From assembly GCA_044376575.1 (NCBI GenBank), contig JBILKR010000011.1:4701-68700 (forward strand): a stretch of DNA of 64,000 nucleotides, given 5' to 3'. Below are positions 38,001 to 47,542 of this stretch, one piece after another. The stretch is from Flavobacteriales bacterium. Its GTDB lineage: Bacteria; Bacteroidota; Bacteroidia; CAIKAF01. Position 1 is the first letter of the stretch. Each line of letters starts with the position of its first letter. Made by a program: the position numbers and the translations under genes. The notes below the pieces were generated by a model. It was not told where the DNA came from, did no database searches, and saw nothing but the letters and a program-made list of their open reading frames with translations.

Positions 38001-39063
38001 TACTGCCTTGATCTGTTGATTTCCATAGTCCGTTATTTGAACCTAGGAATATACAATCCGGACAAATGGGAGAAACAGAAATTACGAGGTGGGCATCATT
38101 ATTACCAGTAAGATTGGGCATGGCGGTATAGCTAACGCCCTGATTGGAAGATTTAAAAATTCGATTTTTATTTGATCCCCAGTAATAGCCGTCATAGAAA
38201 TATACAATGTTATCGTTGGTTGGATGAAACTCAATATCAGTAATATCACCGGTAGGATAAAGCTGTGTCCAGGTTTGCAGGTCATTAGTAGATCTGAATA
38301 TTCCTTTGTTGGTTCCAATAAAAACCAACCCGTGAACACGAGGATGATATTCTATGCGATAGATCTGAAAATTGGATCCGAGTCCGCCGTAACCCAACAC
38401 AGAAGGATTAAAATTAGTTGGTGTAAAAGTGGTGCCTCCATCAGTTGACCGGTATATTCCGAAAGAGGTTCCGTTAGTGGCGTTACGCACATTGATAAGT
38501 ACAGAGTCGAAATGTGAAGGAGAAGCTGCCATGGTATTCACTCCTGAGGCAGGCAGAAAATCAGTATGGTGTTCCCATGTAGCCCCATTGTTGTTGGTAC
38601 GCCATAAACCACCACTACGTGATCCCAGATAAATCTGTTGCGAATTATTAGGATTGACTTCAACAAATTCAAGTCGACCCAATCCCACAGAATAATGCCC
38701 TGTAATGATTCCAACGGTATCAGGTCCGAGGTTATTCCATCCTCCGTTAAGAAATAAAGATGCAGATGTATTTGCCTGTTCGCTTTTCAGGATATCATAT
38801 TTTTTAAAAGGGAGATAATGATCTACCATGCGATTCCCTGAAGGATAGTAGAGCGGTTCATTTTCATATTTCCAGCGAAGATAGGGCTTGTATCCACTGC
38901 CTTTCCCTTGATCATGATTTTGAAAATAAGCTTCTGCTGAATCTACTACCGTATAAAAATTGATGGAATAATCTTTCATCATTTCCAGGTAAGCAGGTCG
39001 CTGTGCATTCGCTGAAAGGGTAAATATGATGATGGCCAAAATACCAGATAACTGTTTTAACAT
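35092..39063 (-). CDS. Large secreted BNR/Asp-box-repeat (sialidase/VPS10-like beta-propeller) protein with a T9SS C-terminal sorting domain
   Basis: Signal peptide. At least 8 S-x-D-x-G-x-T-W/F-like Asp-box motifs (STDGGTTF, STDNGLTW, STDQGSTY, SSNQGVSY, STNGGVSF, STNFGTTW, SHNLGSSW). The C-terminal LQIYPNPSNQWVTV...GMYRI matches the Por secretion C-terminal domain. Confidence 0.65.
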   Translation of the reverse strand: MLKQLSGILAIIIFTLSANAQRPAYLEMMKDYSINFYTVVDSAEAYFQNHDQGKGSGYKPYLRWKYENEPLYYPSGNRMVDHYLPFKKYDILKSEQANTSASLFLNGGWNNLGPDTVGIITGHYSVGLGRLEFVEVNPNNSQQIYLGSRSGGLWRTNNNGATWEHHTDFLPASGVNTMAASPSHFDSVLINVRNATNGTSFGIYRSTDGGTTFTPTNFNPSVLGYGGLGSNFQIYRIEYHPRVHGLVFIGTNKGIFRSTNDLQTWTQLYPTGDITDIEFHPTNDNIVYFYDGYYWGSNKNRIFKSSNQGVSYTAMPNLTGNNDAHLVISVSPICPDCIFLGSNNGLWKSTDQGSTYAFKCDPPGGAGAAMVNDLDTNIYIAGYVDLNRSTNGGYTFTQCTWWSLGSAQHGGGGNANAFQNSDVYVHADCNYMDCVNGVFYACTDGYLAKSTDNGLTWHKLSNNNGMRENYCLGTSQSNHYVTICGSQDNGTSIRKQNGWLEAFGADGMEGIIHPLNENWIIGSYQYGGRIRTYNGGNSVAYCTPPGQDGGWVAPLAFDPNDHMKVYSFGDYIYKSTNFGTTWDSIGSPNFTGTISHAVIAQNNSNLIVAARNEFIELSTNGGVSFVSIKNNLPNLGITDVAFHPRRDSTIVVTYGDYQNNNNKIFISHNLGSSWQNITYNLNNMPLTSVVIDHTDSSFIYVGARIGLYKKSMNGTSWQLYNPELPNTTVNDLEINWGSNTLKAATWGRGLWEYSIANRNSFPAFLQTSITNTPTYSTPKVTMPQHVTSSIDYTGTLTSVFVRWAINTPNFTPANSIPMNLISAGTWKTTTPLPDYPAGTKMYFKVYAVGNAGDTTETYKFMYEVKPFEYCAASGTSVDYNLAINRFRCANVDNNNSGNTNYQYFTNYPVMLYTDTTYTSIGNFNTGWSDNDFHVWIDYDKDAEFTTTELVVNDLNTGSIGQANFTVPNSNVVIDDTLRMRVRLGYWGNSENPCGTELGEVEDYPVVIRQIPVIDMQVNSIYCLGDPIIIFYTGTAADSIHWSITNGTNTYTAEGNSVSSNNWNAGNYSVTLTAFKYGIAVSENFVSAFQIYAHPIINAGQDLLVCEGQPVTLYGLGNATFSWNNGVENGIPFIPSSNSTYILTGVNAYNCINTDTMQLTLYNVSASITPVNNNSLQAAPAGMQYQWINCDNGTIINGETNATFTPSVNGNFAVIINDANNCYDTSNCYTFNMLGIEEIVSQELQIYPNPSNQWVTVNWSFMMEKGSISLFDMQGRKVLSTPVQQTNELKISISHLATGMYRIICKNEINGEEYSGKIIRQNDR

Positions 39064-39157
39064 GCAAAAATAATTTGCATTAAAGGTAAAAATTGAAAGT
39101 TAAAATAACGAGTATTGTTGTTATAAGATATTTTTAATTGTAGAATTATTTTAAACT

Positions 39158-39652
39158 TTAATCATTGTCTTGTTCAGTTTCTTTTTCATTCTCATTCTGA
39201 TAAATTGATTGATTATTGTTTATCTCTGTATGTCTTATCAGACCACCTAAATATCCTGTTCTAGCAACAATTCCAAAACTAATGATGGATAAAAATAAAA
39301 TAACGAAAGCCAATGTATGGCTTATCTTCTCTTTTTTAATGGTAAAGAAATTTCCTGCCAGAGAAATCACACCCAAGATGATGAATGAAATCAATGCGAT
39401 TTTTGCCATGTCTTCATGTTGGTCAATCAGACTGGTAGCCACCCCTTGAATATTTTCTACGGTTTCTTCAGCACCTTCACCCGTGGCATAAGCAATTCCA
39501 GCACCAATGCCAGAGAGTATAAAAAGATTATAGGCAGCAATTTTAGTTTGGTTACTTTTTGACCACATCCCGTGTATTAAAACAAGTGCTCCCATAACAG
39601 CACCAAATATTGGAAGGTGGGTAATCATCAGATGGATGTGGGTTGAATTCAT
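39158..39652 (-). CDS. Small membrane protein with an acidic C-terminal tail, hypothetical
   Basis: 4 TM segments. C-terminus NENEKETEQDND. Confidence 0.35.
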   Translation of the reverse strand: MNSTHIHLMITHLPIFGAVMGALVLIHGMWSKSNQTKIAAYNLFILSGIGAGIAYATGEGAEETVENIQGVATSLIDQHEDMAKIALISFIILGVISLAGNFFTIKKEKISHTLAFVILFLSIISFGIVARTGYLGGLIRHTEINNNQSIYQNENEKETEQDND

Positions 39653-39896
39653 ATGAATCTATTTTTATCAAAGGTCTATTGATTATCTTTTTCAAACTAT
39701 GACAAAATTTATAATGTACGTGAATGTGTTACAAATTATTGTTAATTAATCTCAGGTTGAGATTGTTTTCGCTTAGTATAGTAAACATGTATGAAATATT
39801 TTAAGTTTAATAAATTAAAATTGCTTTACTTTTATTTCTAACTACATTTTAATTGTTACAGAATATTTACATATTTTAGTATCTAAATCAATTTCA

Positions 39897-40376
39897 ATGA
39901 AAAAATTATTTTTGCTACTTGGTATTACTATGTTCTTGTTTTCATGTGAACAAATTGAGGAACCAACCAGTCCTGTATTAATTCCTTTTGATGGTGGAGA
40001 TTTTTATATCTATCCAGATGAAAACAATATGATTTTTAATTGGGGTACTTCTGGATTATTTATAGGTGCCGTTGATACTGTGAATGGAGAAGCTAACACA
40101 CAATTAATTGTAGATGCTGATTCCAATGCAAGTGCTGCAAAATATTGTGATGAGCTTGTAGCCTATGGTTTTGATGACTGGTATATGCCTTCATACAAGG
40201 AGATGGAAGCGGTAAAGAAGAATATTGATAAATTGCCAAGTATTGTTGGTGGAATGTACTGGACAAGTTCTGAAATTCATTTAGATTATGCTCGTTCTAT
40301 TTTTATTAATTTTTCTCACACATATAGTCCAATAAAATCGAATACTTACAAATGCCTTTGTGCGAGAAAAGACTAA
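39897..40376 (+). CDS. Lipoprotein with a DUF1566 (Lcl C-terminal-like) domain
   Basis: Lipobox MKKLFLLLGITMFLFSC. DUF1566-like motifs GFDDWYMPSYKEMEAV and GGMYWTSSE. Confidence 0.5.
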   Translation: MKKLFLLLGITMFLFSCEQIEEPTSPVLIPFDGGDFYIYPDENNMIFNWGTSGLFIGAVDTVNGEANTQLIVDADSNASAAKYCDELVAYGFDDWYMPSYKEMEAVKKNIDKLPSIVGGMYWTSSEIHLDYARSIFINFSHTYSPIKSNTYKCLCARKD

Positions 40377-40390
40377 TCAAATTTTTATTA

Positions 40391-40427
40391 AAAAAGGCTC
40401 TGAATTTAATTCAGAGCCTTTTTTTTG
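40391..40427. terminator. Bidirectional terminator between two convergent genes
   Basis: aaaaaggctctgaatttaattcagagcctttttttt. Confidence 0.6.
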
Positions 40428-40428
40428 T

Positions 40429-41334
40429 TTAAAAATGAAATGTCATTCTTAATGTAGCAGCAGGTCCAAACAGCGAGTTGATATTGTCAGTATCAATTGC
40501 AAATCCTGTATTGCCGGCTTCTTCAGTTGTTTGTTCACCAACAATATAGTTTGTTCCGTCAAATTCTATAGATTCAGTTTTTTGTATGGTCTTGGAAGCA
40601 CTAACCAATGCGATACCCCATCCAAACTCACCTCCAACAGACATCTTCGGAAGGAAAAAATATTCAGCGCCAATAAATCCTCTTATTCCAAATCGAAATG
40701 TTGTAGGGTTTGATTTGTCAATTACTCTTGCTACGTTTCCATAAGTGTCTGTAGTGATGTTGTTAACTCCCAGGTCATCAGCTGTAGCATCAATAAAAAC
40801 AGGAGTAGTAGCATTCGGATCTAACCCATTTCCGTAAGTAAAATTCCAGTTTTCAGTAGAAACACCAAATCCCAGTTCACCTCCCCAGAAACCCTGTAAC
40901 CTACCTTTCCCTTTTCTCCATTCTACTCCGCCCGATAGTCCGAGATTAAATCTTGAATGCTGATATTCATTTTTTACAGTTTCATTTGGATCCGGAAACA
41001 CCGGACTGGTAGCATTTCGATCGTTAACCAGCTTCGCATCTGTTTCAGTTGTATAACCGATACGCAATGAACCTCTATATACTCTTTTATCGGTATAAAA
41101 GTATTTCCCAGTTACGGTTTGATTGGATGTCAGAAAATTCCATTCAGGTGCAGTATTTAATCCATTGCCACCAATAAGATTTCCTGCAAAGCTTAAAAAG
41201 GGAGTAGCATCGATGCCCACAGCCCAATCGCCTGCTTCAGGTAAAATGACTTCTCCTTTTTTGTTCGTTAGTTGTTGACTATAACCAGCCACACTAAAGA
41301 CCATCGAAATAAACATGATTTGAATTTTTCTCAT
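40429..41334 (-). CDS. Outer-membrane beta-barrel protein (porin-like), hypothetical
   Basis: Signal peptide. Alternating amphipathic strands rich in G/Y/T/N. C-terminal aromatic residue (..TFHF), typical of an OMP beta-barrel signature. Confidence 0.5.
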   Translation of the reverse strand: MRKIQIMFISMVFSVAGYSQQLTNKKGEVILPEAGDWAVGIDATPFLSFAGNLIGGNGLNTAPEWNFLTSNQTVTGKYFYTDKRVYRGSLRIGYTTETDAKLVNDRNATSPVFPDPNETVKNEYQHSRFNLGLSGGVEWRKGKGRLQGFWGGELGFGVSTENWNFTYGNGLDPNATTPVFIDATADDLGVNNITTDTYGNVARVIDKSNPTTFRFGIRGFIGAEYFFLPKMSVGGEFGWGIALVSASKTIQKTESIEFDGTNYIVGEQTTEEAGNTGFAIDTDNINSLFGPAATLRMTFHF

Positions 41335-41527
41335 AACATTTAGTTTTAAATTGGCACAATGTTATGTAGCTATTGTCTGCCAATCAATAGAATAAATGCT
41401 ATAAGCGTTTTGCTATGGAACAAATACGATATGCTTACTTTTCTTGAAAATCAAGAGTTATCGGTAATAATCATGAAAAGCGAAAAAAAATGAAACAGCG
41501 TGATGAAAATAAATGGGATAAATACGA

Positions 41528-42196
41528 TTATTTTTTTTCTGTAGGAACGGTGGCAAGTATAGTCTGACTTCCTTTAACAATGTCACCAATTTTTACATTG
41601 ATTTTACTGTCTAAGGGAATAAAAATATCAACCCTTGATCCAAATTTAATAAATCCGAATTCATTAGATTGTTTTACAATTATTCCTTCCTGTGCATAGC
41701 AACATATTTTTCTGGCTAGTATTCCTGCAATCTGGCGGAATAATATTTTTCTTCCGTCTGATCTTCTTACAACAATTGTTGATCTTTCATTTTCAGTAGA
41801 TGACTTGGGATGCCATGCTACAAGGTATTTCCCGGGATGATATTTGTAGTATTCAACTTCGCCGGCAACAGGATACCAATTCATGTGCACATTAAAGGGA
41901 CTCATAAATACAGAAATCTGAATTACTTCTTCTTGTAAGTATTCTGTTTCTGTTGTTTTTTCAATAACTACAATTTTTCCGTCAGCCGGACTTATTATCA
42001 TTTCACTTCCTGTTACCCCTTCTCTATATGGTTTTCTGAAAAACTGAAGCAATATGATAAAGATGAAAAGTAACAGCGTGCTGACGATTGCAGTAATTAC
42101 TAAAGCAACATCAAGATATATAAGCATTGCTGTAATCAATATCCAAAGTGAAAAACTTGTGATAAGCCAGGATCTGCCTTCTTTATGAATTCCCAT
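41528..42196 (-). CDS. psd: Phosphatidylserine decarboxylase family protein
   Basis: N-terminal TM helix, conserved Psd core, and a FGSR (LGST-type) self-cleavage region near the C-terminus. Immediately downstream of cdsA. Confidence 0.75.
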   Translation of the reverse strand: MGIHKEGRSWLITSFSLWILITAMLIYLDVALVITAIVSTLLLFIFIILLQFFRKPYREGVTGSEMIISPADGKIVVIEKTTETEYLQEEVIQISVFMSPFNVHMNWYPVAGEVEYYKYHPGKYLVAWHPKSSTENERSTIVVRRSDGRKILFRQIAGILARKICCYAQEGIIVKQSNEFGFIKFGSRVDIFIPLDSKINVKIGDIVKGSQTILATVPTEKK

Positions 42197-42199
42197 AAT

Positions 42200-43015
42200 T
42201 TATAAGATCAAATAATTCCATGTTTTTAAAAGAAAAAAATAAATTGGTGCCGTAAAAAAAACTGCATCAAATCGATCAAGAATGCCACCATGTCCCGGCA
42301 ATAATGAACCTGAATCTTTTACTCCCGATTTTCTTTTTAAAACAGATTCAAAAAGATCGGAAGCAATGGCTATTGGCGATAGGATGAGTGCAGTTAACAA
42401 CCACATCCACCATGTAAAAGACCCCAACCAATAATAAATAATTACACCTGCTAGCATTGAAAAAACAATTCCACCGATGGCACCTTCTATTGTTTTTCCT
42501 GCACTGATTTCAGGAGCCAGTTTATTTTTACCTATCAATCTTCCTGTAAGATATGCAAAAGTATCATTCACCCATAACAAAATAAAGAATGGTATCAAAT
42601 GCATCCATCCCGGTGTTGCATGATAATAATCGTTTTTGCCAATATCCAAGAGTAAGCTAAATGGAAGAACTATCCAGAAAACAGGAAAGAAAACAGAGAT
42701 GATTTTATTCCAAGTCTTTTCATTTTTTTGAAACATTCCAATCATTAATCCCGCAATTCCTAAGGGGATGATAATATCCATCGGTTCAAGAAAATCTACA
42801 AAATAAACCAGGGGTAGTGCAAAACAGAATAGAGAACTCAATTGCGAAACTGAAGTATCCTGAATTCTTGATGTGAGGTTGAAATATTCGCGTAAACTCA
42901 ACCAGGTGATGATAGTGAACAAACCCAATAAATAGTAAGAACCGGCTAACATTCCTGAAATCATTACAAATACAAACAACGCGCCAGTGATGGTTCTTTG
43001 AATTAAGTTATTCAT
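42200..43015 (-). CDS. cdsA: Phosphatidate cytidylyltransferase (CDP-diglyceride synthase)
   Basis: Polytopic. The C-terminal signature region SxLKRxxGVKDSGxLLPGHGGILDRFD is a near-exact match to the CTP_transf_1 motif. Confidence 0.85.
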   Translation of the reverse strand: MNNLIQRTITGALFVFVMISGMLAGSYYLLGLFTIITWLSLREYFNLTSRIQDTSVSQLSSLFCFALPLVYFVDFLEPMDIIIPLGIAGLMIGMFQKNEKTWNKIISVFFPVFWIVLPFSLLLDIGKNDYYHATPGWMHLIPFFILLWVNDTFAYLTGRLIGKNKLAPEISAGKTIEGAIGGIVFSMLAGVIIYYWLGSFTWWMWLLTALILSPIAIASDLFESVLKRKSGVKDSGSLLPGHGGILDRFDAVFFTAPIYFFLLKTWNYLIL

Positions 43016-43094
43016 CCTGCGAAAATAAGCAAAATAAATTGTATGATTAAATATGTATTTTTATTGCTCGATTCTAATGATAAATATTGTTGAT

Positions 43095-44936
43095 ATGAAG
43101 TATAAATTTCTTTTCATCCTCTTTGCATTAAGTATTCTTAATCACTATTCATTTTGTCAGGAAAATCAATATTGGCAGCAATATGTTTCCTATGATATGG
43201 ATATAGATATGGATGTAAATACACATCGATTTAAAGGAAAGCAAACTTTATTTTATGTAAATAATTCTCCAGATACATTGTACAAAGTATTTTATCATTT
43301 GTATTTTAATGCTTTTCAGCCAGGAAGTGAGATGGATGTAAGATCACGCTCATTGCCTGACCCCGACAAAAGAGTAGGGGATCGCATTTCGAAATTAACT
43401 CCTGATCAAATCGGCTATCATAAAATAATGAAGCTGCTTCAAAATGATCAGGTAACTAATTATAAGGTCCAGGGAACAATACTTGAAGTTTCTCTGTCGC
43501 GTCCAATTCTTCCAGGAGAAAAAACAAAATTTTATATGGAGTTTGAAAGTCAGATTCCAATTCAGATTCGCAGGTCTGGAAGAAATAGTTTGGATGGAAT
43601 TGATTATTCCATGTCGCAATGGTATCCCAAAATCTGTGCTTATGATATTGATGGATGGCATGCCAATCCATATGTTGGAAGAGAGTTTTACGGAGTATTT
43701 GGTGAATATAATGTTCGTATCAATATTGATTCAAGATATGTGCTTGGAGGTACAGGCGAATTGCAAAACTCCGATGAGGTTGGACAAGTACAATCAGGTC
43801 TCAGTATTTTTTCAAAATCATCAGCAAAGACTACCTGGCATTTTTATGCATCAATGGTACATGATTTTATGTGGGCAGCAGATCCGGACTACGTAGTTGA
43901 ACAGGTACAGGTACCTGATGGGCCTATGCTTAATTTTTTGTATCAGCCGGATTCTATGCAAGTCAATTGGAAAAAATTACAACCGATGATGGTTCAGTTT
44001 TTTCAACTTATGAACAAGAAGTTTGGGAAATATCCTTACAATACATTTTCATTTATACAGGGTGGTGATGGTGGTATGGAATATCCAATGGCAACCCTGA
44101 TTACATCAAGGGGCTCATTTGAAGGGCTGGTAGGTGTTTCAGTGCATGAAGCAGCACATAACTGGTATTATGGAATTTTAGCTACGAATGAATCAAAATA
44201 TCCGTGGATGGATGAGGGATTTACTACCTATGCTGAAGATTATATTCTGAATGAATTGTTTAATGAAAAGAATTCGTTTCCTTTTGAAGGTAATTACAAA
44301 CCATACTTATTGTTGTTTGCATCAGCTGATAAGGAACCATTGTCAACACATGCAGATTTTTACAAAAAGAACAGAACCTATGGAATTTCTTCTTATTCAG
44401 CCGGAGCAGTTTTTTTATCTCAGTTAAGTTACATCATAGGTCAGGATGCTTTTGACAAAGGAATGTTGCGTTATTTTAATGAGTGGAAATTCAAACATCC
44501 GAGGCCTGAAGATTTTATCCGGATTATGGAAAAAGTTTCAGGTGTAGAACTCGACTGGTATCTTGAACAGTTTGTGTATAGCCTGAATACGATAGACTAT
44601 GGAATACAGTCGGTAAGTAAAAATGAAAAACAAACTGTTGTTACCCTCGACCGTTTGGGTGATTTTCCAATGCCACTGGATGTAATTGTAGAACTAAATA
44701 ACGGAGACAAGATTTATCATTACATCCCGCTTGATCTTATGCGTGGTGAGAAAAAAGAAAAATTGAATGAAAAAGATCTCGTTATTCAATCCGATTGGCC
44801 ATGGGTGAATAAAACATATACTTTCAATATAGATCAGAAATTTAATTCAATTAAAAGTATATCTATAAATCCTGATAAAAGGATGGCTGATATCAACAGA
44901 GAGAATAACCAATGGTTGAGGAAGGATAATGATTAG
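43095..44936 (+). CDS. M1-family zinc metallopeptidase (aminopeptidase N-like), secreted. Start trimmed to MKYKFLFILF.
   Basis: Signal peptide. GGMEYP (GxMEN-like) exopeptidase motif. HEAAHNW (HExxH) followed by WMDEGFTTY, which supplies the third zinc ligand Glu. Confidence 0.75.
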   Translation: MKYKFLFILFALSILNHYSFCQENQYWQQYVSYDMDIDMDVNTHRFKGKQTLFYVNNSPDTLYKVFYHLYFNAFQPGSEMDVRSRSLPDPDKRVGDRISKLTPDQIGYHKIMKLLQNDQVTNYKVQGTILEVSLSRPILPGEKTKFYMEFESQIPIQIRRSGRNSLDGIDYSMSQWYPKICAYDIDGWHANPYVGREFYGVFGEYNVRINIDSRYVLGGTGELQNSDEVGQVQSGLSIFSKSSAKTTWHFYASMVHDFMWAADPDYVVEQVQVPDGPMLNFLYQPDSMQVNWKKLQPMMVQFFQLMNKKFGKYPYNTFSFIQGGDGGMEYPMATLITSRGSFEGLVGVSVHEAAHNWYYGILATNESKYPWMDEGFTTYAEDYILNELFNEKNSFPFEGNYKPYLLLFASADKEPLSTHADFYKKNRTYGISSYSAGAVFLSQLSYIIGQDAFDKGMLRYFNEWKFKHPRPEDFIRIMEKVSGVELDWYLEQFVYSLNTIDYGIQSVSKNEKQTVVTLDRLGDFPMPLDVIVELNNGDKIYHYIPLDLMRGEKKEKLNEKDLVIQSDWPWVNKTYTFNIDQKFNSIKSISINPDKRMADINRENNQWLRKDND

Positions 44937-44955
44937 ATATTATCTATATCAGAGA

Positions 44956-45744
44956 TTAAAATACCCTTTTGATAATGCGCAGGCGATGGGTATATTTTTT
45001 CTGATCAGCATTAAAAATACCTTCGTGATCTAATTTATCTATACGCACACATCCTGAAGCGTGAATGATATGATCCTGATCCAACATAATGCCTACGTGT
45101 GTAATTTTACCTTCTTCGTTATCAAAGTAAGCAAGATCACCTGTATGTACTTCATCGATAAAATTTACTACTTCACCTTGTTCAACTTGCTGTGATGCAT
45201 CTCTGTTCATTGGAATTCCCATCATGCCCATTACTACCTGAACAAAGCCTGAGCAATCGATACCTGCAGGTGTGCGTCCACCCCATAAATAAGGAGTATG
45301 CAAAAACATTGAGCTTAAAATTTTAATATTCTCTGCAGTAAATGTTACAGCTTTCTTTTCAATATTCAAGTAGTTGAATACATGTCCCTGAATTTTCCAT
45401 GACTTATCATGCGATTCAGGAATACGTGATCCTGCAAAAAGAGGAAGTAGTTGTTTTTGATTTTTAAATTCATGCTCAATAAATACTACCGGTGCATCAG
45501 ATATTTTTACATATCCTGTTGGCCTTTCATTGAGGGTAGTATGCTGGTTTGATCTTATCCAGCATGTATATTCATCATGTTCGATGGAAATTAATAACCA
45601 TTCATCGTGCTGCTCTAATATCTGATATGTTTCACCAAATAAAAGCTGGGTAGTCATCTCACTGGAGTGAGAAGCTTCCTTTCTGCAGGCGATAGAATTA
45701 TATATGCAAATTCCTGTTTGAAGCATGATTTTATATTCTTTCAA
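44956..45744 (-). CDS. C40 family peptidase (NlpC/P60) with an N-terminal SH3-like domain
   Basis: Catalytic Cys in GIDCSGFVQ. His in ITHVGIM. Trailing His. Confidence 0.7.
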   Translation of the reverse strand: MKEYKIMLQTGICIYNSIACRKEASHSSEMTTQLLFGETYQILEQHDEWLLISIEHDEYTCWIRSNQHTTLNERPTGYVKISDAPVVFIEHEFKNQKQLLPLFAGSRIPESHDKSWKIQGHVFNYLNIEKKAVTFTAENIKILSSMFLHTPYLWGGRTPAGIDCSGFVQVVMGMMGIPMNRDASQQVEQGEVVNFIDEVHTGDLAYFDNEEGKITHVGIMLDQDHIIHASGCVRIDKLDHEGIFNADQKKYTHRLRIIKRVF

Positions 45745-46909
45745 TCACTAATGCAGAAGCCCCGCCGCCTCCGTTACAAATTCCTGCAGCACCAATTTTT
45801 GCATTGTTTTGCTGAAGAACGTGTAATAGTGTAACCACAATACGTGCTCCTGATGCACCCAGTGGATGTCCCAGTGATACAGCACCACCGTTTATATTTA
45901 CTTTCGAAGTATCCAGTTTCATTTCGTTGTTGTTGGCAATCGCAACAACTGAAAATGCTTCATTGATTTCAAAAAATTCAATATCATTCAAGTTCAGTCC
46001 TGCTTTACTTACTGCTTTTGGCAATGCCTGTGAAGGAGCTGTGGTAAACCATTCTGGTGCTTGTTCAGCATCTGCATAACTTCTAATGATGGCAAGCGGT
46101 TTGATACCCAGTGCCTGAGCTTTCTCTTCACTCATCAAAATCAGAGCCGCAGCTCCATCGTTCATTGTAGAGGCATTGGCAGCAGTTACAGTTCCGTCTT
46201 TTACAAATACCGGATTTAACTGTGGTATTTTATCGAAATTAACCGATTTGTATTCTTCATCATGATTAAACATTACAGGCTCACCTTTACGCTGAGGAAT
46301 TGCAACGGGTACAATTTCATCATTAAACTTTCCTGCAGCCCATGCCGCCGCTGATCTTTTATATGATTCAATAGCGTATGCATCTTGTTGCTCGCGACTG
46401 ATATTACATTCTTTAGCACATAGTTCAGCCGCATTTCCCATTGGATAATTATGATACACATCCGTAAGACCATCTTTAGCCAATCCGTCAATCAGTGATG
46501 TATTGCCGTATTTATTTCCCCAGCGCATTGTTTCTGCGTAAAAGGGAACCTGACTCATATTCTCCATACCACCTGCAACCACCACATCGCTATCTCCCAA
46601 CATAATACTTTGTGCACCCAGCATAATGGCTTTCATACCTGAAGCACAAACTTTATTAATGGTTGTACAACGCACACTGTCTGGTAATCCTGCAAATTTT
46701 GCAGCCTGACGCGCAGGAGCCTGTCCTAGATTTGCCTGTAATACGCTACCCATCAATACTTCATCTACATGCTTAGGATCTAGTCCTATTCTATCAATGG
46801 CACCTTTAATTGCTGTTGCTCCTAATTTTGTTGCTGATACACCGGCTAAAGAACCACCAAAAGATCCCATAGGTGTGCGAACTGCCGATACGATATATAC
46901 TTTTTTCAT
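45731..46909 (-). CDS. atoB: Acetyl-CoA C-acetyltransferase (thiolase II)
   Basis: VNKVCASGMKA (active Cys), NINGGAVSLGHPLGASGAR, ICNGGGGA. Confidence 0.85.
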   Translation of the reverse strand: MKKVYIVSAVRTPMGSFGGSLAGVSATKLGATAIKGAIDRIGLDPKHVDEVLMGSVLQANLGQAPARQAAKFAGLPDSVRCTTINKVCASGMKAIMLGAQSIMLGDSDVVVAGGMENMSQVPFYAETMRWGNKYGNTSLIDGLAKDGLTDVYHNYPMGNAAELCAKECNISREQQDAYAIESYKRSAAAWAAGKFNDEIVPVAIPQRKGEPVMFNHDEEYKSVNFDKIPQLNPVFVKDGTVTAANASTMNDGAAALILMSEEKAQALGIKPLAIIRSYADAEQAPEWFTTAPSQALPKAVSKAGLNLNDIEFFEINEAFSVVAIANNNEMKLDTSKVNINGGAVSLGHPLGASGARIVVTLLHVLQQNNAKIGAAGICNGGGGASALVIERI

Positions 46910-46968
46910 AACACGGATTGTAAAGATTTGCTTGCGAAATTAATCATTTATTTTAAATAGCCGAACAT

Positions 46969-46998
46969 AAAAAAAGCCCTGATTTATCAGGGCTTTTA
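46969..46998 (-). terminator. Rho-independent terminator downstream of the coiled-coil gene / upstream boundary of atoB
   Basis: aaaaaaagccctgatttatcagggctttt. Confidence 0.5.
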
Positions 46999-47014
46999 AA
47001 GTGTTAGATACTTT

Positions 47015-47392
47015 TTACATCGTTTTGGACAGGAATGAATTTAATTCATGTCTTAGTTCATTAAAAATTTTTTCATACTGTTCCATTCCGTTTTTATTTG
47101 CAAGGTTCTCTTCTGATTTTCTATGATCTATTGCAATCGGATTATTTAATACATGTTGTTCAAGTTGAGCATTATTTTCTCTGATGTTATGACTTAAAAT
47201 GTCCAGTTGTTCTTTTTGGATGATCAGCTGATTTTGAAAATGTTCAACCTGAGCAAGCAATTCTTTTTGGTTGTTTTTTGCTGCAATCTCCTGTATTCTT
47301 GATTGCATAATTTTTATCTCATCGCCGTAAAACGATAGTTGGTTGAGCATGTTGTTGTTCTCTTCATGCAGGTCATAAATTTTCTTTTCCAT
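47015..47392 (-). CDS. Hypothetical coiled-coil protein
   Basis: 125 aa, heptad-rich, Q/E/N/L-rich. No enzymatic motif. Confidence 0.3.
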   Translation of the reverse strand: MEKKIYDLHEENNNMLNQLSFYGDEIKIMQSRIQEIAAKNNQKELLAQVEHFQNQLIIQKEQLDILSHNIRENNAQLEQHVLNNPIAIDHRKSEENLANKNGMEQYEKIFNELRHELNSFLSKTM

Positions 47393-47542
47393 GGTTGAAT
47401 AATTTTATACAATGCTAAAACTTAAAACCAGTGTAAACAATGATATTTATCATAGTTTTTATTGAATAAAGATTGATTTTGTTCTAATAATGAACAGGGG
47501 ATATAAAATTGACTCAAGAAAATTGAAAATTGCTTTTAAAAA

